A DNA stretch of 63,826 bases, filler included, from Phoronis australis (GCA_002633005.1; 8 parts of 8 records of this genome joined end to end with filler, not necessarily neighbours in it); one strand, 5' to 3'; shown: positions 49,808-62,570, counted from the first letter of the whole stretch. The notes: generated by a model from the sequence alone, not told the origin. Numbers and translations are program-made.

Positions 49808-52479
49808 GTAAAGAAAACCAAACGATCCTGTACATGTAGCTAATTTGTTAAACACTGCTCTTAAACGTCAAGTAGGGCCTACATGTAGCCTACCGTGGCA
49901 AAGCCTACTCTTGATAATACATGACGATTACATGNNNNNNNNNNNNNNNNNNNNNNNNNNNNNNNNNNNNNNNNNNNNTTAATTAATTAANNNNNNNNNN
50001 NNNNNNNNNNNNNNNNNNNNNNNNNNNNNNNNNNCTTGGGATTGTTTCCACAACCTGGGGTCGCGTTTGGCAATATGCTGATCGCCAAGTCGAGCGCGGT
50101 GTACGTTTTGGGCGAAATCCCAATTTTAAAGTCCACGAAATCAAGAAAAACTAACATCGGCATTCCGTTTTAAAAAAGATTGCAAGCATTATTTTAATTG
50201 GAGTTTGTTTTTTCAGAAGCCCATAGGAACCTTACATTTATCCTTAGGTGGCTGTAACGAAAATAATTAATCGGTGACCTAAACAGAGAGTCAGGGCAAA
50301 CTAAACAATTTGAAAATTTGAAAAATCAACTACAGATTAGAACTGTGCATGAACCTCATGCGACCTCAACACAGTATGTCGTTCTAAAAACGGCTATGTT
50401 ACATGGCTAACTCCGACAAGAGTCTAATCCAAATTCGTAATTGATGGCCAATAAATTTGACCTACAAATTCGAATGAAAATTTGAGATTTCTACAGTAGG
50501 TCACAATTGAGACTGTAACCTGAATGCTGCGGTCTATTCGTGCAATCTAGGAATGGACCCCAATTCACTGAAACTGACACACTTTTCTAACGACATGCAA
50601 TGCCGCAGGATCATAGTCTAGTTGCACATGGACGACGGTATATCTTGTCTAACAGAACATTTATAATGTTGCTGTCTACGCCAGGGGTAGTCGGTAACCG
50701 TTGAGACTAGGAGTGGTACCGTGAGTGGCCGCCTACTGTAACAGTTAGAAACTTTCACAATATATCCAGTTATTATGCACTCACGAGTACTGAGTTCGAC
50801 AACACGGCAACAATCATATTTTTGGGCAAAATATTTAAAAAATATGAACATGTCTGCTAAAAGCACAATGGTAAATCAACAACAATTACTTACCTGGCGA
50901 TTGCACCTTTATAGTATAGTTAATTTTCGTATCACTTGGGTACTGGCTTGGATAATTGACAGATTTCACGACGCCACTGTCTTGCTTGTACGTAAAACTG
51001 GCAGTGTATTCTTGCTTTGATAGCACTAAGTAAAAAGTCGGAATTACATTGTAAGTAAATGGTCGGCTCCCACCAAATTATGACGACCATGAATCAACAA
51101 AAGATGTTGACACGTGCGCTGTACACGCGTTTGAGTACTACTCGCTGGCTTCTTAGTGAACACTGGGAAAAGGAATCGAAAGAATCCAGATTAGTACCGA
51201 GTTTATAAGACTGGAGTTTTAGAGGGCTTTTGCACTGAAGTACACAAAATTCGTATTTAGAGGCAAGGCTTTTCAAAGCAGTAAAGATCATTACTATGCC
51301 CGATATTTGGTCATCACTGGTACTTTAGAACAAAAAAAAATAATAGTGGATTATGCTATTTTCCCTAAGTATAATACACACTGAGGTTGTCCAAGAAAAC
51401 GTCCAACAAATAGTTGGTGAACTTATCAGATTTTAGTTGAAAGCGGCTAGTATCAGCCCTGCGTTCCGTCGAATAAATAAACGTTTGATCCAGACCACTT
51501 ACCGACTATAAATTCGATCTCAGTTTTTCCTTAATCCGACGAGAGAAGGCTTTCAGCCTGGCCTGGCCGTGTTAAGTCCAACATTTCGTGATTACTCGAG
51601 ACCATGTCGACGAATAAAATGACACGCTATAACTGTTCTCATGTAATAACGAACAGTTAAGTTATTTATACAAGCCCAGGGAAATTTCTACTCTGACTCA
51701 TTTTTAGATCGATTTCCAAACAGTAAGATGTCAAAATCAGGAATTGTTTCAGGTGTCAGAAAATAAGCTTATAATCGATTTTAAAAGTTAATAATACTTT
51801 TCAAATGTTTAGAACTTGAAATTATAATATAATCATCCATTGAAGTGAATGTCACTTTTCTGGCTCATTCAAGTTGTTGCAAATGCCTTACTTTGAGACT
51901 TACCTATGATATTCAATATTAGAACAAGGCTGAATAGGAAAACAAGACTGTAAAACTTTCGAAACATGTTCATGTTCGCGTAAATATTTTATGTCGTCTA
52001 CCGTCGTTACTCTAAACACTATTCACAGTGCAGACTGCATCTAACGTCCACAGCGTGGACTTTATGTTTTGCCATATCTTCAAAACAGGAGATACGCGAT
52101 ATTGTTATCTAGAAAAGTTGTTGCCTATCTAATCCAACATTTGAAGAATGAAAGATTTTCACATGCCCAGCATACCCGTACCCAGGATGTGACTTGAGAA
52201 GGTGGCTAAGAAGCTAAAGGAAGCGGACCAAACCTGCATCTCAGTCGTCGATGTAAAGTAACCCACGTCACTGTCTTGAAAAACTCACACTTCGAGGTCC
52301 GCCAGGATGGTATTTTAATATGCATTGGCTAAAACTATGCAACACAGAAAATGAACAAAAAAGGAAAAACATCCATTTATGTGGAATATGGCTAGTGGCA
52401 GTGTTGAAGGTAGTTTGTTAGGCTATGACTTCTTGGTTCGATTTTAAGTGGGCGACTCCTCTGAAGCTAAATGTAAACG

Positions 52480-52927
52480 ATGCCATGTTGGCAAACAGTC
52501 ACCTCTAAGTTGCTGCTACGTTGGCAAACAATTGCCTCTTATTTGGTGTAACGTTGGCTAACAGCCCCCAATACGTTTGTGTGACGTTGGCGAATAGTCG
52601 CCTCTATGTTGGTGCGACATCGGTAAACAATCGCTTTCAGGGTGACGCAACGTCGATAAGTGGTCGGAATTGAATTGGCGCGACGTCTGTAAAGGGTCCT
52701 ATTTCCGCCGTCAGCCTCAGGTCCTACCGTCGTTGGTTATTAGTCGGCAGTCGGACCAACGTCGGCTCATCGGCGGCCCGACTGCGCTGGTGTTCTGTGG
52801 TTGTTACGACGTTCAACCGATGGACAAAATCACGTTGGTCCGACGTCAGACATCAACGTTGTTGGTACTGACGACGTAACGTGAGTTGTCGGACCATCTT
52901 CGGGCCACCGTCAGCATGCTATCTGGG
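52480..52927. mobile_element. Non-autonomous DNA element with ACGTTGG subterminal repeats
   Basis: About 30-bp tandem units CGTTGGC.AACAGTCGCCTCT; terminus GCTATCTGGG. Confidence 0.5.
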
Positions 52928-53432
52928 GTACATGAAATGGGCGAGTTGCATGTGTATACATGTACATGTAGTTAGCCAGATACAGTAACAGAATCTAAGT
53001 GGAATGAAATGACGTCAAACCGTGTGTCTGTAATGAGAGAGCTACATGTACGTGTAGGTGATTCTCCTCAGAGATGCACAGCGAGTTCAGTCGAATAAAT
53101 GTACACATATATGTATTGGTAGACATTATTAGACACCCGCATACTAGCTGACTGGCTACATAATGCCACTACATGTATTTCTCCCAAAGTACTACGCATC
53201 CAAAATTATTTAAGGTTACATCAAACTATAGACAAATGGCCAAAATTACGAACCTTTAATTTAAAAAACTGTAACAGGGTTTTTGAGACTTTATCTTGAA
53301 CATTGAAAACAAAAATTTAGTTACTGGACCGTTGATAAATAAAACGTGGTGATTGCCAATAACAGTGGCTTACTACATGTATATGGAATTGGAAGCCTAC
53401 CGCATTTGTCCGCGATTTCTGCATACTTCTCA

Positions 53433-53435
53433 TAT

Positions 53436-53514
<79 letters not shown>
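53433..53514. repeat. (TA)n/(TATATG)n microsatellite
   Basis: Directly visible. Confidence 0.95.
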
Positions 53515-54113
53515 CTAATAATAAGATATGACACTCGGGACTAGAAATTCCACGTCCATAACAAACACAAACCTCAATAAATTTACACAAAACAAGGGTT
53601 CCAGAAACCATTAGCAATTGTTCTTTCTTCTAATACCATTTACGGGGTCCTGTTCCTGCCGGAGTTCGTAACAAATTTGCAGTCAAAGCACAAGAATCTT
53701 CCCGTACGAACTATTCTGTCCCACGGAAATTGCCAATTTGTCATGGAAAGTCCCGACATCGGTAACTCCACACTTAGCCACACCTTTTCCTAACCTTCCG
53801 TGATGAACCGGCAATTGCCGTCCATCAGTAACTCATCGGATATTTGTGCGCCGTGCTTGATCTTGAACCGACAAAGTGGTCAGTACGCATGGGCTTTTTG
53901 GGGCACAGGATACGAGAATGAAAGTATTTCACAAATATTCTAACAGTAAAATTGAGTGACACATATCCTTAACTACCATTCTGTACAATCTAAGAATTTC
54001 CACCAGATTTTAATGGGAGTGTGACGACAAGTGACATAGTAATTCTTGGGTGTAACAAAGTAAACAACTAGCATCCTGTAGATATGACAAGAAGCAGATT
54101 GAAATGATTTTAA

Positions 54114-55485
54114 AGGAGGATGCCACCCGATATAATTTGTCTTTTTTACCGTCTTAATCGGTCTATATCTACATCGCCTCTTATACGGTCGACCTCACCT
54201 TGCCAAGAGGTGTCGCGTTAACTTGTGAGGAAGGTGAGAAACGACGCAGCGACGTCAGTGGTTCGTCTGCAGAGTTAATACCGCTGTATTGCGGTGCATC
54301 GTTCTCGCTTGTCCGAACTAGGAAGCTGCGAAGAAAGCAGGTATATGTTTTTTTCGTCTGCCTCGAGAGCCCGAAATGCTTAAGAAGTGGCTCGCGTAGT
54401 GAAGAATGAAAGGTACATTCTTAATAGCAAGTATGAGGCCGTGACATGAAACATCTGCCTGTCTGTGTCCGACATTTCGTCGACAGTGATTTCTCCGAAG
54501 AATTAAGGCTTACCAAAGAACTACATGTATGCATACGTTCCGTTGTCTATGCATGTTCACAGCGCCTCTCTAGTATTTCTTGATCAGTGTATTCCGGTTT
54601 GAAATGATAGCCTAGCTGTGAAACCTAACGATCCGACCCGTGAAGTCTTCGTCTGATGAACGCTTGCCTAAGTCGGTATCGGACGCCGGGCGAGTGCCAT
54701 GTATTCTGCGTTCTGTTTCAAAATGAATTATTACCATTCTAACCAATTCTTGTATAAAACTGAAACAAAGACTGTCTCATTAGATACAAGTTGTAATGCC
54801 TTTGTAGTATTTGTGAGTGCAAATGATTACTCGATTTTATATGCTATGGTCACATGTTAGGGGAATCTTTATGTAGAAATACAAATACATTATTCAAATC
54901 ATTGTTACTGTACAACCTTTGCCCTGACGGTCTGTGGAAGGGGAACCCGAATTCGCGGCCTACGTCGACAAGTAAGTAGATTTCAGTTTCGTGGCTCAGT
55001 AATTCACGTAAATAATTACGTGCACATTATCTCTTTGGCTCTCTATTATCAGTGTTGTAGTGGGGCGCAGGCGCACGTAGGCGCAGCCAACCACCTTTTG
55101 GCATTTGAACGTAGCGTCTACGCACCGTAAGTTACGTTCAGTGCTCAAGGTCATACGGTGGGCCCTTTCGGCGCCTACTTACCTCTACTTTTCCACTACA
55201 GCAATGACTATTACAGTCTTTTCGTGACTGTAGGTTTAGTTTCCCAACTCAAGCTGGTTTATGTTCGTGCCAGTCCCGCGGCCGTGACGGGCTTGATCGG
55301 GTTTCGAGCCACTGGCCGGGATATCAAGCGTTTTGTGTGTTTAGAACACAAAAATCACAAGTCTAAACAACACAGATCTAGGTTTTTTTGTCTGTATTTC
55401 ACGGAAGAATACTTCGAATTTATCTCCGAACTGACCCCTAACTCCTGCTACGGACCTTGGTTAATTGGCCTGCCGAACTTTGCAG
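54114..55485. mobile_element. Kolobok-type non-autonomous element, copy B (inverted relative to 34317-35942), truncated by the gap
   Basis: TTAA+AGGAGGATGCCAC terminus. Colinear reverse-complement homology to 34648-35942, with the THAP remnant now on + (about 54280-54540). Confidence 0.75.
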
Positions 55486-55999
55486 NNNNNNNNNNNNNNN
55501 NNNNNNNNNNNNNNNNNNNNNNNNNNNNNTTAATTAATTAANNNNNNNNNNNNNNNNNNNNNNNNNNNNNNNNNNNNNNNNNNNNCTGTGTACATCTTTA
55601 TAAATGACCTCGATGTGCAATCGAGCGATATGAACGTCTTGCCTCAAGGCTCACGTCTGACTCAGTGGAAAGAACAAACATTAATTTACGTGTTTAACCA
55701 CGGGAGTTGATTACATATTATTGAACATGGAACAATGTATTTGCTTCCAATCGAGCTATTATTATTGTGATTTACTTATGCTTAGGTAAAATGCAAATTT
55801 GTTTTGGACCGTGGTTGTTTTTAAAAAGCAGTATTTTAAAAAAATCCTTATGTATGCTAAAGTGGTGCTACAATGTTTTTTGTTAGCTCAAACCTGGGTG
55901 GAATTCAATAGGTGTCTCGCAGCGAGTACAATCCGGCCAAAATCATGTACTCTCAATCAAAATACACGGCAATATCTCGCGAAATCTTGATTGTCTGGC

Positions 56000-56152
56000 G
56001 AGGTCCTGGTGAGGTCCTAGCCAGGTCCTAGACAGGTCCTAGCCAGGACCTAACCAGGTCCTAGCCTGGTCCTAACCAGGTCCTAGCCAGGTCCTAGCCA
56101 TGTCTTAGCCAGGTTCTAGCCAGATCCTAGTTAGGTCTTAGCCAGGACCTAG
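56000..56152. repeat. 11-bp tandem repeat (GGTCCTAGCCA)n
   Basis: About 13 diverged units directly visible. Confidence 0.9.
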
Positions 56153-56479
56153 GGTTGTTGAGCTCTTCCCTAGCTTCAGTGATGCAGTGACGTTAATGGT
56201 TGCACTTATGTCGACCGGAAAGTGACAACATTGGCTGTACAGCGGCCAACTTCGCTCCCCCCACTGAAGAAAACCTCCCTACGTGACTATTTTATAGTGA
56301 TTGTACCTGCGTTAACAAGCCACTGTTTGAGGCTGTTGAAAATAATGAATGCNGCTTGACAAAAGATATGTAGGCGTGCAGTTTGTTATTTTTGCGGCTT
56401 CAAAAATGAGTCGGGCTCAGGTCAGAACCAAATATGTATTTTTACCTTACATTTACAATAAAACAATTTATTTCTTTAG

Positions 56480-56584
56480 GTTCACCCGATGATATCATAT
56501 TTTACGGAGAGATGGGCGCCATATTCATTGTTCCAATATTTGGCCTGTTGGTTGACTTGAAGCGTTCGAGCTCCGGCCATGGAG
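56480..56584 (+). CDS. SLC43/MFS-like transporter, internal exon (SPDDIIFYGEMGAIFIVPIFGLLVDLKRSSSGHG)
   Basis: TTCTTTAG acceptor, GTAAAA donor, phase 1-1. P..GLLVD is the MFS motif-A-like end of a transmembrane helix. Confidence 0.65.
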
Positions 56585-56838
56585 GTAAAATCATCTCTTT
56601 CTCCATTTCTCTGGAAAAAATTAAATGATACGTTGAAAAATGATTATTTCAGGAAAATAAAGTTTCTGATATTGCTGATGAAACAAAATTCGTCCTTTTG
56701 AACGCAAACAAGTTTACCTTACATGTTAACATAAACTGATTTCCATTGTATTGTTATTTTGGGAGTTAGTAGTTTGCGGCTCGCGTAAACCCACAACAAG
56801 CGCATTGTAGACGTTTATAAGTCTACTATAATTCACAG

Positions 56839-57022
56839 GTTCTGGTGTTCGTACTCTCCTGCCTTTTATGGTGGGAACGAGTTTGATGACGTTCCTCGGG
56901 CTAGTCATGGCTGTTCTGGACTGGCAGCCAAGATCTTCTGCTGTGAAATGGATAGAGTTAGTGATACAAGCCTTTATGAGGCCCACTCTCACTGGAATCA
57001 GCGTTTCAAGTCTCACCGAACT
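56839..57022 (+). CDS. SLC43/MFS-like transporter, next exon (GSGVRTLLPFMVGTSLMTFLGLVMAVLDW..KWIELVIQAFMRPTLTGISVSSLTEL)
   Basis: TTCACAG acceptor and GTACGT donor (phase 2). Two TM helices, with a Q-x3-R..L-(F/Y)P pattern as in SLC43 members. Confidence 0.65.
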
Positions 57023-57599
57023 GTACGTAAAACAGTTTGCACTACTAAAGTATCTTTGACAGGCCGTCGAGTTTAGAAAACTGCCAAGTTGTGAAACATA
57101 TATATGCAATGTTCAGGCAATTTGTTATTTGGAAATGCACTTGAAACTGTATTTTTGATGTTATTTCATACTGAATCGAATTCTAATGTTTCTTAGCCTT
57201 ACTCGTTGAAAAGATGATAGTTCAGTGGTGTTGCACAGTTGCACTGTCACCACAAAGTGGATTAAAGGCGAAGGCAATCTTTTTTCATGTCATTTTGAGC
57301 TAAAATAAGGTTGGTTGGTTATCCTAGACATATTTTCCACTTAATTACAGCTTTCCTTAATTTTATTAATTACTCGTCCTCCACTCCGGAAGTGACGTTT
57401 TAGGAGGCAAGCGTTTCCCGCCACTTGGTTTTGCGTTGAGTTTACCGTGCGAATCTGTTCTATTCTACTTTTGTTTTGTGCTGTTTTTCAACAATTGTTG
57501 CCACCGCTTTGCATCGGCGAGTATTCTGCGGCAAGATAAGTTATTAGAGAACTCAACTACGTTGAATTTAGGGATCGTTTAGTGTGTTGTAAGCTGAAA

Positions 57600-57895
57600 A
57601 TGGCTGGAGTAGGTGACCCGTATCACTGTGAGTGACGGAGACCTTGTTCACAGCAGTGGTGACGAGGAATTTTTTCACGGACATTCAGTGCGTGGGTACA
57701 TGTTTGAGCCCGAGTATAACGAGGCAGAGTACGCACAGGCACGCAGCTGTTGAGAGAAACGAGGCGGCTACTGAGGACAGACGTGGTGGCACATCTTGGT
57801 GCAAATGCACTGTGTGCGTTGTTATGCCTACCTCAGTGGAATGCTTGTGCTGTTCAGAGTTCGACGAGGCCAAGCCACTACTGGACACGGTTAAG
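57600..57895 (+). pseudogene. P2X7 C-terminal-like Cys-rich (zinc-coordinating) accessory gene of the Kolobok element, truncated
   Basis: ATG at 57600, MFEPEY-like motif, then RRGGTSWCKCTVCVVMPTSVECLCCSE (W-C-x-C-x2-C-x2-M-x4-E-x2-CC-x-E). Confidence 0.8.
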
Positions 57896-58679
57896 TGGAC
57901 CTCCGGCATACCACGAACAGAGGATCAACTGTCCCACTTGCCAGACACACTCCCACTCGATGGTGACCTGAGCCCCCAAACTGCTTACATTGTGTCGTGT
58001 GACTCCCTCGCCACATACCTGGCACCTTCTAAATAGCTCCAACACTTTAGACGAGTCCACAATAAACTTATCAAAGTTTGGCTCACCGATCTGTTCACTG
58101 GACAACGAAGTGTCCTCTTCACTGGGTGTCGAACTGGGCCTGTAATCACTCAAACTACTCAATATCGCTGCAGGGCTGCTTAGAGGCTCTGGGCTGGAGA
58201 AAACAGCACAGGGCGAATCACTATTGGTTCCAGGAATGGCACGCTCTGGGGTACGTTCGGAGGCACGGGTGACAGTGGATGAAGTGCCTCCACTGGCTTC
58301 AGTCACTGTACTGGCCACAGCTCGCGAGGCTTCTCTCTTCAAAAACGCACTTCTCGGGGGTGGCGACGGGGCACTGTCGGGAATCAACACAGATTGAATG
58401 GCATCCTTCTTCAGGCGTTGTTTCGCAGGGACCTTCATCAGTTCAGCGTACAAATCCCTTTCGTAATCGCGAACGGCAGAAAGTGCTTGCCACACACACG
58501 GAAATTCTCGACTGCTTTGTACGTTGCGTGGACGGGTAACGCTGCGTTCTTCACACGAACGAGCCAAGTAGGCCTACGGCGAAGTGTGTCATCCATCGGA
58601 TTAAGCGATGCTAAGGTACTCCCAAAGCGCGCGTGAGACGATAATTAGTACATCCCGGTACGCAGCAACAGTGTGGCAT
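57880..58679 (-). pseudogene. THAP-domain Kolobok transposase, 5' portion with frameshifts
   Basis: MPHCCCVPGCTN..HR..WLVRVKN..RVCGKHF..DYERDLYAELM..RLKKDAIQS (THAP), then KFIVDSSKVLELFRRCQVC..G..VTIEWEC. The catalytic domain is deleted. Confidence 0.85.
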
Positions 58680-59684
58680 GTTGACTGACTAGTAAATGAA
58701 AGCAAACGACGACGTAACTTAACACAACCGAGGTAGAACAATGACTGACTTGGCAGCTCTCACAGTCAGACTATATGAAAAGAAATTGGCGCGAAATGCT
58801 TACCTCCTACAACGTCACTTCCGGAGTAGCGGACGAGTAATTAACAAAATTACGAAAAGCTGTAATTAAGTGGAAAATATGTCTAGGATAACCAACCAAC
58901 CTTATTTTAGCTAAAAATGACATGAAAAAAGGTTGACTTCGCCTTTAAGAAGTAGTGGCGGTAGACTGACGTAGAGTACTGGATATTTCTACGGAACTTG
59001 TAGTCAATGGAACTTTTAAATGTTGCCCCAAGGTATCAAAACATATAATTTGAGAGGTTGTGGCCTTAATCCTTTAAACACCGAGACTTTCCTGGCAACA
59101 CGTTTTATAATTAAGTGTTCTGGTCTTGTCCTGTGACATCATCAGTTCCCAGACGACCAACACAGCTGGCATGCAAAGTATGCCGCATCAACAAATGTTC
59201 GTCCTACATACATATAGGCGGATCTAGGGGGTCGAGCAGGGTGCGATAACATAAAACGTCATCAACTTGCCGTTTTGCGGGCTTGCAGGAACGTTTCCCT
59301 TAAAAAACTGCGGGTTGGCGAGACGTGCGACATATTCCAATACAACAATACTTCTCCGTCAGGAGCATGCACGGCGCACAACTGGCTCCCGCTGCGTACA
59401 GCTACGCCCGTGTGAAAGATACGTAAACCGCTGCTTTTGTGCTACTATGTGCCGCCAAAATTCAGAACGAAAGTGAAAGTTGTTGTTTTTTGTTGGTGTA
59501 CATTATCCGTTTCAAGACGTCATTCGTGTGAAGGCCGGGCGAGCCAGGACGGAGAACGAAACTGGATGAAGCCAAAAGCCGAGCATCCAGAAACGGTTTT
59601 TAATGTGGTCGCGATACAGAATTTTCAAAAACTATGGGACTCTGCTCATACTTCTCACTGCACTCCTTTCATTTAATTTTGTAG

Positions 59685-59687
59685 GTT
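59685..59687 (+). CDS. Probable start of the next transporter exon, cut by the gap
   Basis: TAATTTTGTAG acceptor followed by G-TT. A phase-2 join gives L then TTN (F or L), consistent with the expected F-P. Confidence 0.4.
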
Positions 59688-59925
59688 NNNNNNNNNNNNN
59701 NNNNNNNNNNNNNNNNNNNNNNNNNNNNNNNTTAATTAATTAANNNNNNNNNNNNNNNNNNNNNNNNNNNNNNNNNNNNNNNNNNNNTCAAATTTTACAG
59801 GCTTTTCTACTTCCAGAAAATATTACATTTATCTATAGATAACTCACAGATATGTGGCAACTACTTAGACTAGTCAATAAGACTCAATATAACCTTTAAA
59901 CAAGAACACTATAAGAACTCCTTAA

Positions 59926-62570
59926 CTCATTCCTCCCTGATCCCGCCATATGGCGTGACTGTTTATTTTCACTCAGGGGCTGTAGCCGTCTGGAGGCGTT
60001 ATCTAAACAATGTATCTCACAGGCGGATCACGCCTTCAGGAGGGATACAAGGTAGCAATTTATTGGCTTAAATTAAAATATATCTAGGGTATTCCCAGTT
60101 TTCTATCCAATGAGTATTGAGACACTAGAATCTGTATTAACTCATTATTTGTGAACTTAATGCCTATTGGCTGTTATTTCTGGACTTTAGAACCATTTCT
60201 TCACATGCTTGTTTATCATTTCAAGGAAATGCCAGGAAGCGTGTTAACTTTGAAGTGGTTGTTGTAGTAACTTTTGAAAGGTTACAGAGATGTTCCTCCC
60301 AAAAATATAGTATGTTTGTTTTAATTGAAGACTAGACTGAAGCTAATTGCTCTGAATTCGAGCCTAATTGGTATTACATAACATTGCTGTCATCAATAAA
60401 TCACTGCTAGGGTGTTCCTAATTATTTTCTTGGAACTGACCAGATACCAAAACAAACTGTCCAATTATTGGAGACATTCTACTCTGTCACAAGCACTTTG
60501 TGAATACATGCACTCATTTGAAATTACTACCTCCACAATACAGACATTATTTCTGCTGCTCTCTCACAGTTGAAGTTTTATTATGGATGATAGTGTGACT
60601 ACTGATGATACTGAGTGGTCAGATTTAGATTTAGATTTCAGTGACCTGGATGATGATGATGATATGCCATTGATTGATCTAAGGCAAAACATTCATCTTG
60701 CTCGTGCAATTGAAAATGCTGGTATTGGCAATGCCAATGACGCTGTTGATGACTGGACTGATCGGCTGTCAAGTGTAAAACTCGATGCTTTCGTAGAATC
60801 ATATGGACCGACAACAACACTACATGGCTCAAAGATGGAATTGGATTTTTTTCACTTGATTTTTCCTGAGGCACTGTATACATTTATTGCTGAGGAGACT
60901 AATACATATGCCAAAGAACGCATTGCAAAGAAGGGCCCTGATCCAAAGTGGTACGACACAACACCTTCTGAAATACGGGCATACATAGCATTTCATATTG
61001 TTATGGGAATTGTTGCTGCCCCGACCTACGATATGTATTTTACAAAGGACACATTATTTCGTCCCACAGGTATTCATGAAAGAATATCTCGCGATCGATT
61101 TGACAAGCTCAATCAGTATTTTCATGTAGGTAATATTACTACAAACCCAGGAAAGGGGCAGCCTGGACATGACAAACTTGCTCATGTTCGGAAAGTAATT
61201 GATTATATTATTCCAAACTTGAAGTCACGGTACAAGCCTCACAAAGAAACGAGCATCGATGAAGCAATGGTGGCTTTCACAGGTCGACTTGGTTTCAAGC
61301 AATACATTCCCATGAAGCCAACAAAACGAGGTATAAAAATTTGGGTGAGGGCAGATCCCAACAATGGATACGTAAATGACTTCCAAGTGTACACCGGCCG
61401 CGGAAATGAGGGTACCGTTGAGAGAGGTTTGGGTGAACGCGTAGTGCTTGATCTGACACGAGATATTTGGGGAAAACATCATCACGTATACTGTGACAAT
61501 TATTTCACATCCATCGGACTTTTTCAGGATTTGCTACAAAATAAAACTTACGCATGCGGAACAATTCGATCTAATAGGCAAGGATTACCTGCCTCTGTTG
61601 CGAAAGCAAATATAAAACAGCAGGGTGATTTGGTGCAGCGACAAAAAGGCTACCTGGTTGCCACTGCCTGGCGTGACAAGCGCACTGTAATGTTGCTAAC
61701 AACAAATGCAGACCCTACAACGATGACAACTGTTCAGCGAAAGCAAAAAGATGGATCCATCAAAGATATGCCATGTCCAGCATCAATACAGCAGTACACA
61801 CAGAATATGAATGGTGTGGATAGAGCAGATCAGTTGCGATCAGCTTACTGTATTGGTCGTAAAGCTGGTAAATGGTGGAAATATGTATTTTGGTTCATCG
61901 TTGATGTATCGATCTGCAATAGTTTCATACTCATGAAAGAGTCACCAAATCATCAATTACAAACCAAGAGAGCCAAGCCAAAACCGCGGACACAATTATC
62001 TTTCCGTCAGAACCTCGCCCACCAACTAATCGGAACATTTTGGGGGAAACGAAAACGCGAATCCACGGGCATTTTCCCAGCAAATGGAATAATTCATTGG
62101 CCAGTGGATTTGGCCAAAAAGAGAACATGCAAGCATTGCGCCAAAAATGGTGTTCGTCGTGAACCAAAAACTGGCTGTGAACAATGTCAAGTAAATCTGT
62201 GTGTTAATTGTTTCAAAGATTATCACAAAGAAAACTTTCCTGGCATGTTTTCTGGAAACTAAATCGGATTATTTGTAAACAAATGTGTTTATTTCATGAA
62301 AACAAAAAGTAAAACTACTTGTTGAATCCTCTATCAACATTGAACGTGAATAAAATTTATATCAGCATGAAGTTCATTTACTGAAGAAACATTCTGGAAA
62401 ATTTGGTAAGTATATGTTTACTAATGACTAAGCAATGAGGTTTTAATTATGTGCAGTGCCACTGACCTAGTTCTGAGTGAAATACCCTCCGACTTCAAGG
62501 GGGTAGACATTCCACACCACAGTCAGGCCATTAAGCAGTTTATACCAGATGGCTCTCAGGGTCGAATGAG
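59926..62570 (+). mobile_element. piggyBac DNA transposon, apparently full length (2645 bp)
   Basis: TTAA at 59922-59925 and 62571-62574; imperfect TIR CTCATTCCTCCCTGA / TCAGGGTCGAATGAG (13/15); single intact ORF; AATAAA at about 62348. Confidence 0.92.
60583..62262 (+). CDS. piggyBac transposase (PGBD4-like), 559 aa
   Basis: Acidic N-terminus; DDD triad SIDEAM / CDNYFTS / GVDRADQ; YIPMKPTKRGIKIW; C-terminal CKHC..CEQC..LCVNCF..YH Cys-rich domain; no stops. Confidence 0.97.
   Translation: MDDSVTTDDTEWSDLDLDFSDLDDDDDMPLIDLRQNIHLARAIENAGIGNANDAVDDWTDRLSSVKLDAFVESYGPTTTLHGSKMELDFFHLIFPEALYTFIAEETNTYAKERIAKKGPDPKWYDTTPSEIRAYIAFHIVMGIVAAPTYDMYFTKDTLFRPTGIHERISRDRFDKLNQYFHVGNITTNPGKGQPGHDKLAHVRKVIDYIIPNLKSRYKPHKETSIDEAMVAFTGRLGFKQYIPMKPTKRGIKIWVRADPNNGYVNDFQVYTGRGNEGTVERGLGERVVLDLTRDIWGKHHHVYCDNYFTSIGLFQDLLQNKTYACGTIRSNRQGLPASVAKANIKQQGDLVQRQKGYLVATAWRDKRTVMLLTTNADPTTMTTVQRKQKDGSIKDMPCPASIQQYTQNMNGVDRADQLRSAYCIGRKAGKWWKYVFWFIVDVSICNSFILMKESPNHQLQTKRAKPKPRTQLSFRQNLAHQLIGTFWGKRKRESTGIFPANGIIHWPVDLAKKRTCKHCAKNGVRREPKTGCEQCQVNLCVNCFKDYHKENFPGMFSGN

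Larger units (their letters stand above)
57266..58944. mobile_element. Kolobok DNA transposon, internally deleted (1679 bp)
   Basis: TTAA at 57262-57265 and 58945-58948; about 160-bp imperfect TIRs starting AGGCGAAG; two convergent gene remnants inside. Confidence 0.9.
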
